From Botryllus schlosseri (taxonomy: Eukaryota): a stretch of DNA of 64,000 nucleotides. Under the pieces are notes generated by a model, which saw nothing but the letters and a program-made list of their open reading frames with translations, ran no database searches and was not told the DNA's origin. A program made the translations under genes and the position numbers. The stretch covers positions 13,206,001-13,270,000 of the forward strand of contig CM119383.1 in the NCBI GenBank assembly GCA_051294905.1, in the 5' to 3' direction. Of this stretch, positions 1 to 15,000 are shown piece by piece. Numbering within the stretch: position 1 is the stretch's first letter; each line of letters begins with the position of its first letter.

Positions 1-3000
1 TCTTCTTTTTACAACTATTTATTTAAGTGCTGTACAAACTTTAATTTGCTACTTCCATATGATGTAATTTTGACATCTCATGGAAATTGATACTTCTACA
101 TGCAACTGTGCATAAATTTGGCTTAATGGCTTAACTTCTGCTTCAGTAGAAACACTGGCTACTTTGACAACCTAAGATTATTTCACAGTTCCAGGCTATC
201 AAACTAAGATACATCACCTAGTTGATCTAGTAGTCTAAAAATAGTTTACCTGTACCGAGTAATCATGCGACACCGGTATTTTGCATGCTTGGTGTATGCC
301 GAATTCTCTCAAAGCGATTGCATTGTTTTTGCACATGGCTCTGAACTTCAGACAGCTGAAATAACACAATTCAATCTTTTAGAAGTAAATACCTGAGATG
401 GATGTAAAGAAAAGATGTACCTGACGGGGCCTCCAATTCCCAATTCATTTTCGGCAGTGTGTATATTAAATTCGTCAACGTGTGACCAACGAATATTACC
501 GACCGCGCTGCACAAGTATATCATTTCTCCACATTTATCAATCAGAGAAGTGCGATTCAAGTATACTCCATCCGTGTCGTTGTAAATCACGCTCCAGACA
601 TCATTCTCCTTTTTATGAAACTGAACCGCAGAGTTGGGAAGATTATATCCAAGATGGAAGTTCCTGCAAGGGCACAAAAAAGTGCTTACACATGGTAGAA
701 ATAACATTTCATAGTTTTTCACCTGGTTGAAATTAACGGATTCATTACAGATCCGACGAAAAATCTGAGACCAATTTGCGAAGCCGGATTTTGTAACTGG
801 GTGCCGTCAAGAGACAAAGCTTCGATCGTTATGGCGAAAGGTATTCTCGTACCAAGGTATATGAAGGGATCATAGAAATTCGCAGAGAATTCAGAGACTT
901 CCAATCGCAATCCAACTGCAACGGCAAGATTTTGACAAAATAAGTCAAACAGTGTGAACTGAAAATAACCTTACTTGGGTTGCAAAGATCAGCAGCGAAT
1001 TCGGTAATGTCGAAAAAGATCTGATTGTTGGTAATTTCATCATTCAATTGGTTAGTCGATTTCAAGGTTGTCTGTTGAACATTTTTTAATCAGTAAACAA
1101 TCACTATTACTACAATGAAAACATTTGAAAGGGCGGTACAGGTCCTATACTTTTCAAAGTCCATATCTTGAGACATGAAATCAATTTAACCAATGCCTCC
1201 AACACTACAATATCCCCCGACTCAAAGATATCCTTATTATTTATCATATAATTGATTGATATACGTGATTTGTCTGCTATATCATATAGTAACTAATTTT
1301 AAACCGATTACACCACATAGTCCAAATAGTTAACTTGTTTCAACGTGCTTTTAAAGTTGAACTAAAAGTGAGGAATTGTGTTGATGCTTGTTGAGATATA
1401 CTTATCTTGTTAATGATGCTTTTGGGCATACAACAATCAAGATATAACCACAGGTAGTCAGTAACAGACTTTGTACTTTTTCAAGGTTATTAATCGTCTA
1501 ATTCCATTGCTTATTCGAGTAATTACACTATCAGACTACTTACACTTCATCAATTTCAAGTAGCCAAGCTTCTGTGTTTCTACGTTTTGAATTGATAAAT
1601 ATATTCATATTGAGAACCCGAATATTTTCGGCTGACACTCGTCAGGCTTAATCGTAAGCAACTAGTTGAGAATTGGAAATTGCATGGTACATCAACAATC
1701 GTATCGTCGGTATGAAGTTTCTTCACCCCAAGTATTCAAAATGTCATGCCGGCGACGTCATATTTGGTGATATGGTTGTTGATATACAATGTTCTTTCCA
1801 ATTCTCTGCTAGTTACTGACGATTACCCCTGACGAGTGTAAGCCGAAAATATCCGGGTTCATTTCAATATGAATATACTTTTCAATTGTATATTGAAGTT
1901 CTGTACCTCTAAGAAGCTCTCCAAAGACGTTTTGAATTTTTGTGAAGTTTTATAACTGAATTTACGATTCTTGTAATAGCAAACCCTTTATGACTGGGAA
2001 GGAAATCACAATGTGTTTCTTCTGACTAATTACTTGAATGCATACCAGACTTCACATTTCCTCTTCTATTTGAGGTAGTTTCAGCATACCATGAAAATAT
2101 CTACCACCTAAATTTGAGTAGAATATAATGGCAATACTTCAACTTGTACTCAAATACCAGCAATAACTATTTTGACCACTTTTGCTAATAACAGACAGCA
2201 GACATGGATTGTTCTACTTCAAATTATTCTCCAGAACTCACCTCAAGCTCTATTCGCACATAAGCGGTACTGGTGCAAACTGAGTTTCTTTGTAGGAGAA
2301 GCGGGATTTTGAAAAACAACCTCATCGGCGTTTTATCACTTGGCGTGTAAAACGGTTCTCTGTAAAAGAATCAAGATCAGAGCTGATTCCAAATATAAAT
2401 GAGAAATGAAAATTTTAATTTACCGAAGCGATGGGTAAGTGTTTGCGGCATCCTTGCCGTTCACCGTGTATATGTGCGTGTAGGATTTTCGATTATTTTT
2501 TGTCAAAGCCAAATTCACTTCAACTGGATAAAATGAAAAATAGAATGGATAAATCAGAAATCTACTGTAACTTAACATCCTAAATCTCACAAAGCCAAGC
2601 ACAGCTCATAATGGAAACTTATATCGTTTGACATCATAAATATGCCTCTAGGAACACTAAAAGTATCCTAAAAAATTGTATCGAACAACACTTCAGTCAA
2701 AATAACATGCAGAGATATGCATATTTCATAATGAAAAATTGATGAAATCTCATTGACGTTATTATTTGCAGCAAAATTCAGTTTAGTAGACACAGGAGTC
2801 ATATTACACTGTATCAATTCTGGAATTGTAATTGGCGGGGGCATTTTAGGTCGTGATCATACCCATATTAATCCCAATCTTCAAAATGCAGCCAACATCA
2901 ACCCTGGCTGGGCACAATTGCAAATAGAATACCTTCTTTAACTTCGGCTATCGCAATATTAATTTTTGAATGAATCCCTAAATCTAAATTCTGATAACAA

Positions 3001-6000
3001 TATTCCGCACACAGGTTGTTTTAGTCGGATTACAATAAATTACATTACAAACGATATGAAGTGCCCACCAACACCAGAAATTCCGGGATTCACGGAAGCT
3101 ATCATTTTAAAACAATTACCGTGCTAGTACCATATTGAAAACACTTTCCGGTGCTTCTCTACTGCTAGCGTACTCAGCAACGTACCTTCATAATTTGTTT
3201 GATCAAACTTCGCCACCCTAGGAATATTACAGTATGGATGCATCACACAAGTCACATTGAACGACAACACAGCATCTGTCGAAACGTCGGCGTACAATTG
3301 TGGCAATAAATGTATCGCGGGATTCGATATTGCGAAGACATCTAAAGCAATTTTGACATCAGTCCTTTTTATTTGAGTCTGTGCAAGAAACTGTGCGTAC
3401 CGTCTGTGCAAGTCCGGAAAACAGGCTGACTCATGAAATTATCTTGCAGATTGCGTTCCATCAGATCATCAGAAAACTAACAAATAGTAACAGAGGTTAG
3501 GAAATATAAGAACAGGTAATTATTAGGTTGTTTTATAATTAGACCACAATGTCATTCCCTTTATGGTCCCGTCATGAATGCCACATATCTATCATTTTTT
3601 CGTACAAGTTTAATTAGTACTGATTTTCAGGTTAGTAAAAAATTAAGCGTTCTAGGTCTACTTTTGCCTAAAAAACTGAAACTTTCAAGAGGAAGTAGTC
3701 TGGAAACATAATCACTTAGGGAAGTAGTGCAAATACGCAAAAACGTGCCTAAAGTGGAAGTAGCAGCACTTTGCCACCGACCACCTCTGGGCGCAAGCCT
3801 AACCATTTACTGGTTTTGCCTTTTGTCACCAGCAGCTAGGTTCGTAGGAGACAGCAATCAGGAATAAAGTTCACTACCCCTGGTCTGTGTAACGGACGTT
3901 TTGGTCGTTGCCTAGCTCAAACGACAGTTCGTTATATTTACTTGATTAGAGTTTTGGCTGTAACAATTTTAGGCTTGTCGAGTAGCTTGCCAACTCGAAT
4001 TGAGACTACCACCTTACTTTCTTTGCTTCCTACAATCCGAGCCTTCCGCTGAGACCCGGTCAAATGTAACTCAACAAATTACAGAATAGGATAACAAATT
4101 TACTACATAGAAAGATCACGTCAACGTCGAGGCAATAGTCACAATAGCGGTTAACAACAGTTAACTCTCTAGGCTCTAGACTTGCAATCTAAACAAAATA
4201 CAATCACCTGAATGATGGCCTAAACTTATACAATACTCACACAATACAAATAATGCCCTAAATGGCACGTTATATCCCTAAATTAAGCCTAACTTCAATC
4301 ACTGATCCAATGATATTACAAGCAACAAAGCGACTAAACTTCAACAAGTGACTACCAAGACACGAGGGGAAAATCCAACCAGAGAGGGCACTACTGAGCT
4401 GTGAGGCTCGCAATCACTTGACCATTTCTCGTGTTACATTCCCCCCCACAGATGTAGGAATTACGAGAATACATCGACTTAACCTAATAGCACGAGATAT
4501 TATCAAGCCAAAGAAAAGTAATTCAAATTACCAATCAACTCATGCCACAATGTCACTATCAATATAGGCCAAATGTTCTTCAAAAGGTTGGTGAGACTTC
4601 AGTAAATCTCTCAAATATATCAACAGTCTTCAAGTAACATTTTCGAACAACCATCTGTTTACTGGCTGTACAATCAACCAAGTACGAACGAAAAACTGGA
4701 ACTCCATGAGGAAAGGTTCCACTCTTCTTCTTTGGGAGACATCGGAGTTCGATCCACATCGCACAATGGCATTCACCATACAATCGATCTTCTTCAAGGT
4801 CTCCAAAGCTGTTTCCGTTTGCACCTCCTTATAAAAGAAGGATAATGACAATATGTCAGTACCAATCCAAATGGCAGCCAACTCCAACATTGATTTGTCC
4901 ATGCTACCAAACCGAGCAAGCTCTTGAAGACAAGGCACATTATAAAGAGATGCTTCTTCATCAAACTCAGTGCTGTCAGAATACCCTTGTGGATCCTTCA
5001 ACAATTGCGATGGAAAATTAGCACTCACATTGCGAATCCCATCGTCACCAGTTATGGAACGAGAGCATGCTTCAATCTTTGAATCCAATGCGCAATCCAT
5101 TGACACCTGTGTCATCAACTTTTCAATATTGGCATCAAGAGAATATCGTTTCTCAAATGTGAATTGATCTCCTGTCACTTCTCTATGCACAAATTGCACA
5201 GGCATCTTTGCTACCTGACCATTACCAGTTGGATCAGGATGGCTTGACTTGTGAAGTATTGATACTTCATCATGCGCATTAGGTGATTCGGTATCACCTT
5301 CAATCTCAGCATCACATGAACAACTTGAGTGTTTACACAACAATGTACGTTCCGGAATATAATTATCAACTCTGTTCACATGGAGAACGTCTTCCGGCTT
5401 ACACTTCAGCGCCTTTCCAATATCAGGAAATTTACTAGACCTAGCACTGTCAAATTTAACCATTGTGGTTCGAGAACATTCTGCGTCCCAGTCCTCAACG
5501 TTTTCATAGTTTCTTTTCAAAATACCAAGGTCCTGAACACAAGTATTTGCATTGATGCAATCTTCAATTGGGTGTGGCGCATTGGCAGGATCGGCGATAA
5601 CATCGACTTCAGTGGAATTGAATACTGCAGCTTCAGAATTACTTGGACATTCCACATCCTGAATTTTCGCATTACATTTGTCTTTGCCTGTCCCATTGAC
5701 AAATACTTGTGCAGTGTTGCCAAGGCCTTTCACAGCAAGTCCAACGAGGGCAGGAGAAACTGGATTCTCTGTATTTACACTGCTTTGCTTCAGAGCAGTA
5801 CTTTGACAAACAGCCATTTCTTCCGTATTCTTTTGCGAGTATGAATGTAGCTTGTGCACGTTAGCTGAGGATTTCCAAATACTTGCTTCAACGCAAGCAA
5901 GTTCAAAGTCTTGCTTCAATCGTAATCGTGATGTTTTACGTTCAATCATTACTTTCTCATCTTCCAAAACTTCGCGATTCAACTGATGAGCCAATTTCAA

Positions 6001-9000
6001 ATGAGCCATTTTCTTTTGGATGATTGCTTCTTTTCTCTTCACGTTTACACTATCATGTATGCTGGCAGAATATGCATTTCCCAATCGCCGAGACATATGA
6101 CGACTGCTTCCAACATAATGCGAACGAGTATGTTTCGATCTTTCTTGCATACATCTCTCCAACTTACTTTGGAATTCATGATAAAATCTCACTTGTTTAT
6201 CATGATCTTTATGACATGCAATCTTTTCTAGATCATCTTCGACTCCGAGGAGGTATAAACTCCAGAGTGTAGAATATTCTTGAAACATACACTGTAGATC
6301 ACTTTGATGTCTCAGAAGATTGATATTCACGTCTTGGGTCGAGATTTCGTGTTCAATGCTTTCATATCTTCTATGCAGTCCGGCCAACTTCTGAATCAAT
6401 TCTTCTTCAGACACACACTTAATTCTTGCCATGGTCATTGTTGTTTTTCATCAGTTACGAATTGGAGAGACGTTGGAAACCTCAGTTGCACATTACCGTT
6501 TTGACTGGCGCGAACTAACTATTTGCTTACCTAGGGCTGGGCCAATCAACAACTCCTGAACTTGCTTCTACTTTCAATTACAACGAGGACAATTTCATGT
6601 ATGGAGGACACTAGCCTCATATGAGAACCTATATCTCATTCAAATGCAAAATACTTCTGCTGAGAACCCTTGGCTTAGCAGTCGAATTTTCTATTGGGAA
6701 CACCAGCCGCAATAGTCTCACAAATTTGTATCAACTGCTACTAAAGCTGATTCTAACAATCAATTCAATGTCAGCTCTTCCAATACAATACTTCTACTAA
6801 CAGTTGTCAAACGGTACAATACCGGTACTCCACTTGCAGCAATTGATATTCAACAATGGCCAAGTCTATACAATAGACCTGGATATATCAAACTGTGGAC
6901 GACCGTTTCTACCAAAAGTTGCCGTTTTGATAGTCTTCAAATTACTTCCGAGATTGTTGTTAACTTAAATGTAACGGACGTTTTGGTCGTTGCCTAGCTC
7001 AAACGACAGTTCGTTATATTTACTTGATTAGAGTTTTGGCTGTAACAATTTTAGGCTTGTCGAGTAGCTTGCCAACTCGAATTGAGACTACCACCTTACT
7101 TTCTTTGCTTCCTACAATCCGAGCCTTCCGCTGAGACCCGGTCAAATGTAACTCAACAAATTACAGAATAGGATAACAAATTTACTACATAGAAAGATCA
7201 CGTCAACGTCGAGGCAATAGTCACAATAGCGGTTAACAACAGTTAACTCTCTAGGCTCTAGACTTACAATCTAAACAAAATACAATCACCTGAATGATGG
7301 CCTAAACTTATACAATACTCACACAATACAAATAATGCCCTAAATGGCACGTTATATCCCTAAATTAAGCCTAACTTCAATCACTGATCCAATGATATTA
7401 CAAGCAACAAAGCGACTAAACTTCAACAAGTGACTACCAAGACACGAGGGGAAAATCCAACCAGAGAGGGCACTACTGAGCTGTGAGGCTCGCAATCACT
7501 TGACCATTTCTCGTGTTACAGTCTGCAAGTCTACATGTGTAACAACTGAGCTGCATATAACATAGCGTAGGAAAATCAATAAGATACGGGGGAAACAAGA
7601 CATCAACAGTATCAAATCGGTATGATTTTTGTTAAAACACAATCAATGCAGCCATCCTTTCAAACTTTATTACCACAACTAAATCGTCAGTGTAATAAAA
7701 TTTGATGATGGAAATATGATTATCCGCAAACTACTTTTTCTCTGTGGTTTCTCATATTCATGCAATGCACAACAATTCAGATCCTATGATTCAGTCATTC
7801 TGTGTTTACGAAAATGCTCAGGATCATCATAAACTAATTTTCTCTTACATAACTTCTGGTTCAAGATGGATTTAATCACTTGGCTAGTCACAGCAGTGCA
7901 GAATGGTTACAAAATCAATCTCTACGCTTTTAGCATTTTATCATCGTTTTTATTCCTACCACTCAGTGGGTGGTTGTTGGGAAGGTGCAACTAGAATGTA
8001 CAATAGAACGTAATGTACAACTAGAAAGAATATCCAAACATTCCAGTGAATAGTGTGCTAAAAAAACACCAGTTCAGGTGGTCCTTTTGGTATATCCTGA
8101 CCAAAAGAGACAGAAAATCAATGGGGAATACCACCATATTTATGGAATTTTAGTTAAGTCAAGTTCATAGAGAAAATATATTTCCAGCGGTTTACATTCC
8201 GACCATTTCCATACCTCTGTAACCAGGAATTTGTAGAAGCATAACACTCTAAAAGTAAGTATATCAACTCTAATCAATACAAATTTATACTCACGCTGAC
8301 AATAATCATCAGGAAGATATCTCCACAGAAACGGTTGTCAGTGGGAGTGGGGAAAGAGTACAGATCTGAGACAATATGGAACCCGGTTTCGCCTTTATTT
8401 ATATTGTCCCCCGATGCATATCCCGACAAGCCAGTGTCCAAGGTGTTGGTAATGTAATTGTCATGGAGAGAATACCAGAATTCGATGCTACATGCAAATA
8501 TTCAATTGATCAATTGAAGTACAAAAATGTTGTAGCAGAGAGCATGCCGCTATGGCCCTCTGGTGACATCAATGAAAATTTTTATTTTGACCCAACCTAT
8601 CAGTATTATTAATTTACAAAAATTAAGTAAGCCAGTGTCTCATGTAGGTTAGCATTCAGCTCAGACGTTTAAATATTCGAGTGAATCTCATTCTGGTTAT
8701 AGCTATAAGAATCGTTTTTACATTAGAGTGTGGTATCTCCAACATATCAGTTCAGTAAAGAGGACAAATCACTACATTTTAAAAACTGATATTCGATTAC
8801 GTTGATAAAACTCCAGTGTATCTAAAAGCGATCATTTATCAATTACCACCAGTAGTTGATAGTAGTAAAATAACGGAACTTGTGAAAAATATTGCTGAAA
8901 TGACAGTTTTGCAACAGAGAAGGTCATTGGTTTGGCTCAATTTAAACAAATATACCATACCAAATATTAATGTTCGTAGCAATCAAAACCCCAAGTGATT

Positions 9001-12000
9001 ACAAAACCTGTTTCAAATATAGACACAACCCCATTTAGTAGAACAATGGTACTCATTACATTATAAATCGTAACACTCTATTATTCTCTAATACCTGTAT
9101 GATGACCGAGAGATTTCAGTGCTATAGGATTGGATAAAAATATCAGCATATACTTCAACCTCTCCTTGAAGAAAATCGGGAACCTTGAAACTGGTCACTC
9201 TCAGATCAGCATCTATGCAAAAGGAATTACTGCAACTTCATGAAGCTAACATTTTGTATATATTTGCTCACCGAGGTTATAATCGTGCACTAATATATCT
9301 GTCAAATCCAATGTCTGCCAGTTATTGTGTAGATTAAAATCCTCCTCGTTGCTACTGGCAGGATAGACCAAGACGTGAAGGAAGACGCGGTCATATTCAT
9401 TAATCTGAATATTGGAAATATTATCACGCAATTTATACACTTTACCCTATCGCTTTTACAATCATTAACATACTCATTCTGTTTTGTTATGAATGTTCCG
9501 GTTGACGAACCAATAAAATCTCTCCCTCTATCTATCTTATTGCAAGCTATGTCATGCGAAATTGTGTATGTTCGAGTTATTACACTCAGCTCCACCAAAT
9601 ACATTACAGGAGATACAGATAACGGCAGGTCAGCAGTTACAAACTATGCTAGCATTTACTGCTTTCGGGAATCACTCATTTAACACCAAATGAATAGGAT
9701 TTTAACGGAAATGCTCATCGCTAGGGCAAGTTTTTGCAACACTTGCCACTTTTTTTAACGCTTCCGGCAGCTTCCTAATTACTAAGAATTTATGTAGTAT
9801 GTTTTAAACTGTTTGTAGGAATTCTATATTGCAACTCATTTCTATTTTTCATGCAAGTTTTTACTGCAACATTTATCAAGTACCGTACTACACGAAATGT
9901 AAAGGAGAGATTTAAAAAAACATACGATAACACAATTTCTAGTGTTGGTCTATTCTATTTGATTTGCATAACCAAGAGCTATGTGATGGATTAGCTGCAT
10001 CTCAATGTTATCAATGGCAAAACAGTTGGCTTGCAAGCTAGAAGTTTAACAACCCCAGTGAAGTACGCCAGTTCCCCAATTAAATTAGAAGTGGACGTAC
10101 GACTTGGCTTTTAGTCAAGCCCGTACAAACGGAATCAGGTCGTGTCTAAACTTTCGAGGTCAAGTTTTGTTAAGGCAGCTTAGTTAGTTAAACTGTGTGT
10201 TTCTGTGCATTCGTTATTTTGCAAGCAAGAAGAGATAACCTTGATATTTGTAAAGATGACGGTCTAAAGCGACGATGTCCAACCTGCAACCCACCTGACA
10301 TTTTTGTGCGATCCTCTAGTCATGGGATCTGTTGGGTTATACAATGGAACCTTTCCGGTATCTCATACCCTAATAATTGCGCATAAATGCAACTTTTTAC
10401 TGCAACTTCTGTTAAAATTAAGTGCAATTTTGCCACAATTTTAGTGCAACAAAACTTGCCTTTCTCACTATGATTTCATTGAGAAATGATCATTCAAGTG
10501 ACTACTTCACTAAAGAGCAGTGATTCTCAAACTTTTTGACCTCGAGGACCTTTTGAAAAGAAAATATAGTTCCGGCACCCTAGGACTTTGAGTCTTTGAG
10601 TACTCTGAGTGGAGCCGATGATTTCAAAAAGGTTAACAACATACATTATACCCACTGTTTATGTTTAGCCCAAGATCCCAGGCGTTGATGTACAAGAATC
10701 ACCTTTGGCCAAGCCTCTATATATCACGGCCTCATTGATGGATATGACTTGTTTTAATAACTAGGCTCCCAAGTCCTACTAATAATTTGGATTTTCTTAA
10801 TTTTTGTTATATATCGACATCAACCCTCTTTACCTGAATGTCTTACGGCACCCCAGTTGAGAACCACTGCACCAGGGATATCTAGATATCCATGCACTGC
10901 ACTAATCACAGTGACAAGTAAATATTTGAAATCGAGCTATTGACACAAGTGTCCATAACACAGGTATCATCTACAACTTCACACAGTAAAAATACACTTA
11001 CTGGAGTTACATATTGTTCTACTACAGTCCCATTGAGTAGAAATAGGACAGAATCCAAGCCAATTTCGTCACCAGGACTTAGAACCTCCGATATCGGCAA
11101 CTTGGTAAATTGCACATCGAATATGACATTGTCTCCTGCTGGAAACTCGGGAAGAATCGAAATATTTGACAATGTGGCCTGAGGAAATAGGAATAATCTG
11201 TTAGCAATCATGTAAGCGATGAGTTTCAATACATGTTAAATTTCAGTAACTTTGTCAGCAGAAACAAACATCTTTAGATGGGGAAATAGCTGTTCAAATA
11301 TTTTACTGTTGAAAGATCTACCTACTCCGTAGCTTCAGACATTTCATATTCTTACATCACTTCATAACAAATCCGTGTCTTACCCAAAATGAAATTTCAG
11401 AGTCCAAGTTTTCAAGGCGACATTTCCCAAGATTTGCGATTGTCAAGTTCAAATTCAGTGAGCTAGAGAAAGTACTGTTGCTGTGAAGAACACCTCCGCC
11501 ATAGGTATTAATATTCAGAGACGCCTTCACAAAACCAAGAACATCTGAAATTTTTAGAATCTGAATTAAAACTATATCTCGCAAAGTATACATCACTAAC
11601 ACAGCTAGGGTATGATGATATAAGCCAACAATGAGATGTTAGAGTAGCAGCAATTGATGAATAAAAGCCCTCATTACTTTGTTCGGCGGGGTATGAATAT
11701 TTCATGAAGCTTTGGTATTTAACACATTGTGCAACAACAGGATATGTCTGATCTAATACATCTGCTTTTTTGGGCTCAAAATGCCATTCAATATGTCATA
11801 GTTAACTGTCAGCTCTCCATTGGTGAGGTTAGGTGTCATTTACCAATGGAAGCAGGTTGAATTTTCTATGGGTCATCAAGTTAATGCACCAGTTATTCTA
11901 TTCACAGTAATTGGTGAATCAACTGTTTAGCATATAGGCCATATAACATAACAGACCAGAAAAGCAAATGAGTGAATAGGGAATTAGGCCAACCCTACAA

Positions 12001-15000
12001 TAGAAATGCTTATTGAATGAAAAATGGAGAATAACAAGCCCAACGACTGTATTCCAGAACACCTTGGCATTGTAATATAAATGACTGAGATCCTGGTTAG
12101 TTCCAATAGGACTTCACTCCATATAGACCCAAGTTTGCTACACTAGAATTATACACTACAGTGAAACTATCAATGTCAATGAAATCACACCTCCATCACA
12201 CAGCAAACTCCCATTTTCAAGTATCACATATTCTTGGATTAGAACATCAAGTTCGTCAGGACACAGAGAACCCGGCATAAGTTTTGATATAAAATCCTCG
12301 TCTGGTGTCAAAAGCGATTTACTCCAAATGACTAAATCCGGTGATGCATCAGGGTATGGAAATGAATCGTCGGAGCATGGAAATGAATACAGATCTTGTC
12401 TTTCCAAGGCAAAACTCCACATGTTGAGATCAGATATTGTCCATTCCGAAAGACCCTGGTCTTTTAATACTATGAAATCATTGGCTGTAATAAAAATAGA
12501 TAACATAGTTCATAGTTTGCTCATAATAAAGATGTAATTATAAATAGGTGTGTTTTTCCGCTGATCAATTGCATGAATTTGAAATGAAATTGCTTTCGAA
12601 GTTATTTGATTTCCGGCAGTACAGCAATCCTCATCATAAACTCAATCACTTATAATTGATATTCATTCTAGTGCATGGTCATTGGTCAATCATCCCAATG
12701 ATCGTCGATGAAAGCTTTAATTAACATATGTGTTAAATTGCAAACAATACCTTACTATACACAGGATGTACAAATTTTTGATTAGTCTTCGAGATATGAA
12801 TAGCATAGAGAAACTGTGGGTCATGCATAGGATTTTTAACATTGCACGGCTCACCTTCTCATTAGGAATTAATTACAGTGATATCGAGACATGGTAATAA
12901 AATTAGGCATCGGATTAGACACAACCGTGCATACCTGAAGGGAAATCGGTCATAGCGAAAAACATCAATGTATCGAATGAATGAACCAGCATATGCATAT
13001 TTCATTAATTCTAATGTTATCTTGGACCTCCTCTTGTGGCCCACTTGAGCTTAGTAAAAATATTGCAGACGAAGCTAGAATAAGGCTCATTTCACACTGC
13101 TCCATATTGGCATTTCTTCATGGGATTCACAAATTTCTCTAGGGGCAGCATTTCGCCCATGTGCCACAGCTTGCTTGCCCTGACTTAATACATGTCTTTT
13201 TATCTATTTTTATTGAAATGAATGCAGCAATATTAAATGACCTCAGCATAATGCCAGACTGATATACCAAATCATTTGAGGAAATTCACAATACCTGGCC
13301 ATTGAAAGGAATTCAGTTCCATGTAGGTTTGTTTGTCGCGGTTTTTATAGATGGCTAAATGAGAGTCCGCCATTATCACACAAATGGCCATCCATGTTGT
13401 GTAAGGAATTAATAATCTTTTATTTTCCGGTGCAACAATCACTGTCAAGCTTGGAACCTACAAAGTATCAAAGTGTATATGAAGATATAAATGTCCTTCC
13501 AGTCTTATGCAACAATAAGTGACAAACTAAGATCAAACTGTGTATCCAATAATTGAAACGAAGGTAGTAGGCTACTTCCCACGCAGAACTGAAGATGTAT
13601 GTTAAAGTTAGGTGATGATTTTTCTCGGAACTGTAGAAATAATTTATTATCAATGTAATATAACTATTCGAAACTTCCAGTTTACAGTAGACGAATGCAT
13701 AACACATTACCAATATAAATTGGCACTTCTTTTATAGTTTTTATGAACTGCTGGAAAAATTTTATCCCCATTTAATTTTAGGTCGTTTCAGGCACTGTTA
13801 AAGATTTTCACTCATCTCAATCAATCACCATTCCATTAAGCTATGAAGATATTCATTTTTAAATTACTTCCAGTCCTGGTTCAACTTTGATCACAAAAGT
13901 TCCACTGGCATCCGTCAAGATAGTCTGCTCCGTCAAAACCGAGGTGAATTGAATGTAGAAGCAAATTGTCCAACTCCAAGAAGGAAAACTTGAAATCTGC
14001 CGAAGTTTCACGTCTTTCTCGGGAGATATCTGGATAGGATCAAATGGAAATATATCATGAGATTTTATCACATCCATTGCATTCAGTAAGAACTACTATG
14101 TTGTCGCAAAGACCTACATTCATAGTGTTACGCTAGTCGATTGTAATTTAGATTTATGTACACACTTTTGACAGATTTGTAAACAAGGTTGACCATAATA
14201 CAGGTAGAATGAAGAGTCACTGTTCATTGATATAAAAAAACCATGATCATATATTATGTATTATGATAGAAAGACTATTGCACAAAGCAACTAACACATT
14301 CAAAGACGATATTCACAAGGTTAACAGAAGTCCATTCAGGATTTTTCACAAATTTATCAATAATGATCAACCTAGTATCACTTCAATCGATACCTTGAAC
14401 GGAAGCTACAGTAACAGCTCACTTGAAATTGGGCTCTTGGCACATGTCTTACAGTAGTACGAAATTGGCCTTTCCCACAGCAATTCTCATTTCCTTTGTC
14501 AAATTTGCCTCTTCCATATACTACAATGGTGTCGGCAGTGTCTTCGCACAGACCATTTGTCCGTGATTGCAACGCCTTGTATAAAAAGCAAGTAATTCAT
14601 TGAAACAATTACAATATTTACAATATTTGTGCTCATGCTTTGCTATAATCTCCTACCAGGGTTTTAACCAAGTCACAAGGCTCCGAGTCACAAGTCAATC
14701 TCACTTTTATATTTTTGACTCGAGTCAAGTCGAGTCATTTTCAATTCCCACCGAGTCAAGTCCGAGTCCAAGTCAGCGAACAGAGGATCGAGTCCGAGTC
14801 ATGGTATTATGACTCGAGTCCGAGTCCAAGTCATTGTGTTTTGACTGCTCAGTTTCCAGTTAAAGTCTTCCTAAACCCACTTTTTTAACTCTGTTTGGTG
14901 ATATTGAATGGTTCGCATTTATAATATATCAATTTTCCTCACTTTTAGCAGTTTCTGGTCGCATTTTCAAGCACCAGTGCCACCAAACGAAATCCCAATA

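Larger units (their letters stand above)
3888..7520 (-). mobile_element. Non-autonomous LTR retrotransposon (gag-like ORF only, BEL/Pao-like), intronic
   Basis: Two 551 bp TGT...ACA LTRs, 5-bp TSD GTCTG (3883-3887 and 7521-7525), polypurine tract GGGGGGGAA next to the 3' LTR, no pol. Confidence 0.93.

Noticed and set aside
10195-10386. ORF or exon of the mosaic gene
   Set aside because: It lies inside the GGGCAAG MITE, and the flanking exons (11002 and 9643) already join in phase.
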